DNA of 24,000 bases from assembly GCA_031291235.1 (NCBI GenBank), contig JARLJL010000009.1, positions 224,208 to 248,207 of the forward strand. Reading direction: 5' to 3'. This stretch comes from Sulfuriferula sp. (GTDB taxonomy: Bacteria > Pseudomonadota > Gammaproteobacteria > Burkholderiales > Sulfuriferulaceae). Below the pieces are notes generated by a model. The model was not told the origin of the DNA. It made no database searches and was given only the letters and a program-made list of their open reading frames with translations. Position 1 is the stretch's first letter. Every line of letters starts with the position of its first letter. Shown here one piece after another: positions 19,825-24,000 of the stretch. A program made the position numbers and the translations under genes.

Positions 19825-20409
19825 ATGACCCAGCCCACGAAAAATCCGCCCACGGACTCACGCCCGATCAGCGCACTGTTGCACGCAGGCGAACTCGCAG
19901 CGCAGCAGCGTTTCAATGCTACCGGCGTCTGGGATGAGCAGCGGCTTAATCGCATGTTTCATGAACGCATTCCGCCCGGTCTGGTCGAATTCATCGAGCA
20001 GCTGCCATGCTTTTTTATCGCCACGGCAAATACCGCAGGCGAATGCGATTGCAGCTTTCGCGGCCGCGAATACGATGTTGCCGGACTGCCTTATCCGCTG
20101 GTCAAGGTACTCGACGAGCGAACCCTGGTGTTTCCCGATTATCGCGGCAACCGGTTGTACAACTCGCTAGGCAATATCATCGTCAACGGACACATCGGCA
20201 TGCTGTTCATCGATTTCCAGTCGCGCACGCGGGCACGGCTGAACGGGAGGGCAGAGATAGTCGAAACACAATCGACATATGCCGACATCTGGCCGCTCGC
20301 GCAACGCTATGTCCGGGTAACGGCAGAGCAGGTCTACGGCAACTGCAAATCGAGAATTCCGCACATGCTGCTGGTACCGCCTACCGACAGCGAACTGCAC
20401 GACAATTAA
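19825..20409 (+). CDS. Pyridoxamine 5'-phosphate oxidase-related FMN-binding (split-barrel) protein
   Basis: The ORF track starts at 19795. The ATG at 19825 is preceded by GAGGAG (19811-19816). The core FFIATANTAGECDCSFRG...LVFPDYRGNRLYNSLGNIIVNGHIGMLFIDF...RLNGRAEI resembles PNPOx-like flavoprotein family members. Confidence 0.75.
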   Translation: MTQPTKNPPTDSRPISALLHAGELAAQQRFNATGVWDEQRLNRMFHERIPPGLVEFIEQLPCFFIATANTAGECDCSFRGREYDVAGLPYPLVKVLDERTLVFPDYRGNRLYNSLGNIIVNGHIGMLFIDFQSRTRARLNGRAEIVETQSTYADIWPLAQRYVRVTAEQVYGNCKSRIPHMLLVPPTDSELHDN

Positions 20410-20451
20410 CGCAACAACCTCGCAACCCTTAATCAAACAGGAGAAAACCGT

Positions 20452-21066
20452 ATGAAACTGTATGAATTCCAGCGCTCCGGGCACAGCCACAAAGCCCGAC
20501 TGATGCTGGCTTTACTTGGCCTGGAATATGAAAGCGTCGCGCTGAACGGGCAGGAAGGCGAGCACAAATCCGCGGCATTTCTCAGCAAAAACCCGTTCGG
20601 GCAGGTGCCGGTGCTGGAAGACGGCGACACCACCATCCGCGACAGTCAGGCCATACTGGTCTACCTGGCCCGGCAATACGGCGCCGAACACTGGCTGCCG
20701 CTAGAGCCCGCCGCCATGGCGCAGGTCATGGCGTGGCTCTCCACCGCCGCCAATGAAATCGCACGCGGACCGGCCTTGTTAAGAGCGCACCACAAATTCG
20801 GACGCGACATCAATCTGGCCGACGCCGAGCAAACCACCGCAAATCTGCTCGCCATCCTGCAAGCGCAACTTGCCGGTCAGCAATGGCTGGCCGGCGACCG
20901 GATCAGCATTGCCGATATCGCCGTATACCCTTACATCGCGCTCGCTCCAGAAGGCAACATCGACCTGCAACCGTATCCGGCCATTACCGGCTGGCTTGCC
21001 CGGATCCAGTCGCTCGAGGGCTATACAGGCATGCCCGGCATGTGGACGCCGACCGCAACAGCCTGA
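20452..21066 (+). CDS. Glutathione S-transferase family protein
   Basis: 204 aa. The thioredoxin-like N-domain is [27 protein letters not shown]...[26 protein letters not shown], followed by a helical C-domain. An AGGAG Shine-Dalgarno sequence sits at 20439-20443. Confidence 0.88.
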   Translation: MKLYEFQRSGHSHKARLMLALLGLEYESVALNGQEGEHKSAAFLSKNPFGQVPVLEDGDTTIRDSQAILVYLARQYGAEHWLPLEPAAMAQVMAWLSTAANEIARGPALLRAHHKFGRDINLADAEQTTANLLAILQAQLAGQQWLAGDRISIADIAVYPYIALAPEGNIDLQPYPAITGWLARIQSLEGYTGMPGMWTPTATA

Positions 21067-21089
21067 TTATTTACCTGACAAGGACAGCC

Positions 21090-21584
21090 ATGAACGCAAT
21101 ACTTCCCCTTACCGAAAGCGAAAGCCGCCCGCCGTGCCCGCCGTTTACCCGCGAAACCGCCACGCAAAAAGTTCGCATGGCCGAAGACGGCTGGAACAGC
21201 CGCAACCCGGCGCGCGTCGCTCTGGCCTATACCGTCGACAGCCAATGGCGCAATCGCAGCGAATTCCCGCACGGTCGCGAACAAATCGTCGCCTTCCTCA
21301 CCCGCAAATGGGAGCGCGAGCTCGATTACCGGCTCATCAAGGAATTATGGGCATACGACGGCAACCGCATCGCTGTGCGCTTTGCCTACGAATGGCGCGA
21401 CACCGAACACCGCTGGTTTCGCGCCTATGGCAACGAAAACTGGGAATTCGACGCCCACGGCCTGATGCAGCGCCGCTACGCCAGCATCAACGATTTGGCC
21501 ATCGCCGAGTCCGAACGCAAATTTCACTGGCCGCAAGGACGTCGCCCGGACGACCATCCGGGATTAAGCGAGCTGGGACTGTAA
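21090..21584 (+). CDS. DUF1348 / NTF2-like (SnoaL-fold) family protein
   Basis: The ORF track starts at 20883, inside the GST gene. The plausible start is the ATG at 21090, after AAGGAC. The 164-aa product carries [21 protein letters not shown]...AVRFAYEW...[13 protein letters not shown], which I recognise as DUF1348-type. Confidence 0.75.
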   Translation: MNAILPLTESESRPPCPPFTRETATQKVRMAEDGWNSRNPARVALAYTVDSQWRNRSEFPHGREQIVAFLTRKWERELDYRLIKELWAYDGNRIAVRFAYEWRDTEHRWFRAYGNENWEFDAHGLMQRRYASINDLAIAESERKFHWPQGRRPDDHPGLSELGL

Positions 21585-21633
21585 CCCCGACAAACCACCG
21601 CTGGCTTAACCGCCGGCAAGACCATGTCTACAG

Positions 21634-21650
21634 TGTGGCAATTTGTCACA
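21634..21650. promoter_or_regulatory. Near-palindrome TGTGGCAA-T-TTGTCACA upstream of the TonB-dependent receptor (candidate operator)
   Basis: An 8-1-8 inverted repeat with one mismatch, 63 nt upstream of the receptor ATG. It could occur by chance, and no known regulator consensus is matched exactly. Confidence 0.25.
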
Positions 21651-21712
21651 TTCCGCGATTTTCCTCCCCTCATTACCATATGTGGTTTTGTATCAAAGGG
21701 GAGGAACTCATA

Positions 21713-23890
21713 ATGAAACTCAAGCACAGCGCGCTTTGGGCTGCACTCAGCCTGGCGTTATCCGACTTTGCCGTAGCCGACGACGCCTACCGGCTGCCCG
21801 ACGTAATCGTTACCGCGCCCAACTATTACCTGATGCTGAACGCAACCGATCTCGACGCCGCCAATCTGCCGTCGATGCGGCCCGCTACCAGCGATACCGC
21901 CAGCCTGCTGCGCGACATCGCCGGCGTCAACCTGTATTCTGCCGGCGGCGTCTCCAGCCTGCCGACGATACACGGCATGGCTGACGACCGCCTGCGCATC
22001 CAGGTTGACGGCATGGATCTGATCGCGGCCTGTCCCAACCACATGAATTCGCCGCTATCCTATATCGATCCGACCAGCGTCGGCAGTGCCAAAGTATTTG
22101 CCGGCATCGCCCCCGTCAGCGCCGGCGGCGACAGCATAGGCGGCACCATACAGGTAGATTCTGCTGCACCGGAATTCGCCCAGCCGGGGCAGGGTACCTT
22201 GCGTAAAGGCGAAGCAGGGACTTACTACCGCAGCAACGGTAACGCCAAAGGCGCGAACCTGTCGGCAACGCTGGCCAACGAGGATGCCAGCATCAGCTAC
22301 AACGGCTCGACCGCAGAAGCCGACAATTACTCGGCCGGCGGCACTTTCAAGGCGGCAGGTCTGGCCGCCACCGGCAAAGGCTGGCTGGACGGCAACACCG
22401 TCGGCTCCACCGCCTACAAATCGGAAAATCAATCGCTGAGTTTCGCGCTACGCCGCGACAGCAAGCTGCTCGAGTTCAAGGTGGGCTTCCAGCATATTCC
22501 GTATGAAGCCTTCCCCAACCAGCGCATGGACATGACCGGCAACGACAGTACCCAACTCAATTTCCATTTCAAGGAAAAATATCAGTGGGGTGCGCTGGAT
22601 GCGCGCGTTTATCACGAAACAACCCAGCACGAAATGAATTTCGGCGACGACAAGCAATATCAATACGGCACTGCCCCCGGCATGCCGATGAATACGGAAG
22701 GAAAAAATACCGGTGCCATGATCAAAACAGACATCGCCCTGTCCGCAACTGACACCCTCAAAATTGGCAGCGAATATCAGCAATACCGACTCGACGACTG
22801 GTGGCCGGCATCCGGTACCGGCGGCATGTCTCCCGACACCTTCTGGAATATCAACAACGGCCAGCGCGACCGGTTCAGCGTATTCGGCGAATGGGAGGCG
22901 CGCTGGAATACCCAATGGCTAAGCCAGATGGGTATACGCAGCGATATTGTGACCATGGATAGCGGTGCGGTACAAGGCTATAACAGCAGCTATGCGACCG
23001 ATGCAAACGCCTTCAACGCCAGCGACCGCAGCCGCATGGATCACAACATCGACCTGACTGCGCTCACCCGCTATACCCCGAGCGCGACGCAGACATACGA
23101 ATTCGGCTACGCGCAGAAAACCCGCTCGCCCAATCTTTACGAACGCTATGTCTGGTCGACCAACGCCATGGCCGCCATCATGAATAACTTCGTCGGCGAC
23201 GGTAACGGCTATGTCGGCAATCCCTACCTGAAGCCGGAAGTGGCGCACACGCTCAGCGCGACCGCCGACTGGCACGACGCCGCCAAAGAACAATGGGGAT
23301 TGAAATTCACCCCCTATTACACCTATGTGGAAAATTACATCGATGCCGAATGCCGGCCCGGCACCACCTGCACCGTCAACAAATTCAACGTGCTGCAATA
23401 CGTCAATCAGACTGCCCAGCTGTACGGTATCGACCTGTCGGGCCACAGGCTGATCGGAACGTCCCGCGATTACGGCAACTTTGTCGCAACGGCGGCAGCG
23501 AATTACACCCGGGGAGAGAACCTGACGACAGGCGACAACCTGTACAACATCATGCCGTTAAACCTGAAACTGGCGATAACGCAGCATATGGGAAAATGGC
23601 GCAATACGATAGAAACCCGGTTTGTTGCCGCCAAAACGGATATCTCGCAAGTCAGAAATGAAGTGAAAACAGGCGGCTACAGTCTGGTCAATCTACGCAG
23701 CAGTTACGAATGGCAGCAGGTGCGGCTGGATATCGGCATAGACAACCTGTTCGACAAATCCTATGCGCTACCGCTGGGCGGCGCCTACGTCGGACAAGGG
23801 AAAACCATGTCGATCAACGGTGTACCCTGGGGGATTGCCGTTCCCGGCATGGGCCGTTCGCTTTATACCGGCGTCAGTTTCACATTCTGA
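21713..23890 (+). CDS. TonB-dependent outer-membrane receptor (OprC/NosA-like, possible copper receptor)
   Basis: The ORF track starts at 20870. The true start, ATG 21713, follows GGGGAGGA (21698-21705) and opens a signal peptide MKLKHSALWAALSLALSDFAVA/DD. A TonB-box-like LPDVIVTAP, a plug domain and a long beta-barrel region follow. The C-terminus is YTGVSFTF with a terminal Phe. CPNHM is at nt 22031-22045 and HEM at nt 22628-22636. Confidence 0.9.
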   Translation: MKLKHSALWAALSLALSDFAVADDAYRLPDVIVTAPNYYLMLNATDLDAANLPSMRPATSDTASLLRDIAGVNLYSAGGVSSLPTIHGMADDRLRIQVDGMDLIAACPNHMNSPLSYIDPTSVGSAKVFAGIAPVSAGGDSIGGTIQVDSAAPEFAQPGQGTLRKGEAGTYYRSNGNAKGANLSATLANEDASISYNGSTAEADNYSAGGTFKAAGLAATGKGWLDGNTVGSTAYKSENQSLSFALRRDSKLLEFKVGFQHIPYEAFPNQRMDMTGNDSTQLNFHFKEKYQWGALDARVYHETTQHEMNFGDDKQYQYGTAPGMPMNTEGKNTGAMIKTDIALSATDTLKIGSEYQQYRLDDWWPASGTGGMSPDTFWNINNGQRDRFSVFGEWEARWNTQWLSQMGIRSDIVTMDSGAVQGYNSSYATDANAFNASDRSRMDHNIDLTALTRYTPSATQTYEFGYAQKTRSPNLYERYVWSTNAMAAIMNNFVGDGNGYVGNPYLKPEVAHTLSATADWHDAAKEQWGLKFTPYYTYVENYIDAECRPGTTCTVNKFNVLQYVNQTAQLYGIDLSGHRLIGTSRDYGNFVATAAANYTRGENLTTGDNLYNIMPLNLKLAITQHMGKWRNTIETRFVAAKTDISQVRNEVKTGGYSLVNLRSSYEWQQVRLDIGIDNLFDKSYALPLGGAYVGQGKTMSINGVPWGIAVPGMGRSLYTGVSFTF

Positions 23891-23892
23891 CA

Positions 23893-23951
23893 CTGCCGCC
23901 GAGATAACGCCGGCAGGCATCCGCGGCCGCACATATCGCTCGCGAATGCCT
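23893..23951. terminator. Overlapping GC-rich inverted repeats downstream of the receptor gene (possible terminator, no U tract)
   Basis: ctgccg (23893-23898) pairs with cggcag (23911-23916). aggcat-c-cgcg (23915-23925) pairs with cgcg-a-atgcct (23941-23951). Neither is followed by a T run. Confidence 0.25.
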
Positions 23952-24000
23952 GACCGTTACGGTTTCAGCTGTCCGCGAATTTCGCCGCCGGGATGAGCCT

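Noticed and set aside
20883-21089. N-terminal extension of the DUF1348 ORF (233-aa version)
   Set aside because: It overlaps the GST coding region out of frame. The family-sized product (164 aa) starts at 21090 after AAGGAC.
21634-21650. Reading TGTGG-N7-TCACA as a CRP/FNR-family site
   Set aside because: The CRP consensus is TGTGA-N6-TCACA. The spacing here is 7 and the left arm deviates, so a CRP assignment is not supported. It is kept only as an anonymous candidate operator.
20870-21712. 281-codon N-terminal extension that would make the TonB-dependent receptor a 1006-aa protein
   Set aside because: The extension is Arg/Pro-rich and overlaps the GST 3' end and the entire DUF1348 gene in other frames. 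A strong Shine-Dalgarno sequence plus a canonical signal peptide occur at the internal ATG 21713.
23957-24000. Possible 3' end of a convergent minus-strand gene at the window edge
   Set aside because: Only 11-14 codons are visible, and two different minus-strand frames both end in stops here (tta 23957-23959, tca 23965-23967). This is insufficient to call a CDS or a product.

Overview
This is a moderately GC-rich chromosomal segment (judged by eye, not computed) that reads like core genome of a Betaproteobacteria-type organism. I can support 21 protein-coding genes. I see no rRNA, tRNA, CRISPR array, transposase, integrase, phage gene or recognisable defence gene.

Layout:
- 1-6474, minus strand: rsmE, argA, a PhnD-family binding protein, a HAMP/PAS/GGDEF/EAL sensor, and a ybiT-like ABC-F ATPase.
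- 6547-7932, plus strand: a thioredoxin-fold gene and an IMPase-family gene.
- 8068-15050, plus strand: a cbb-like central-carbon cluster tkt-gap-pgk-pyk-fba, ending in a textbook bidirectional terminator.
- 15100-18676, minus strand (convergent): miaB-ybeZ-ybeY-corC.
- 18781-23890, the only accessory-looking part: a LysR regulator divergent from PNPOx-like, GST and DUF1348 genes, followed by a TonB-dependent receptor.

Several supplied ORFs are N-terminally over-extended or are antisense shadow frames. One real gene is missing from the track: the ABC-F ATPase, which has a GTG start and runs off the window edge.

I find no compelling evidence for a wholly new multi-gene system. The most unusual items are:
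1. Two consecutive ATGA stop/start overlaps join argA to an orphan binding protein with a Tat-like signal and to a c-di-GMP sensor enzyme.
2. The TonB-dependent receptor carries CxxxM and HxM motifs like the OprC copper site.
3. The glycolytic cluster has structured intercistronic hairpins.

All functional calls rest on motif and family recognition by eye, not on database searches.
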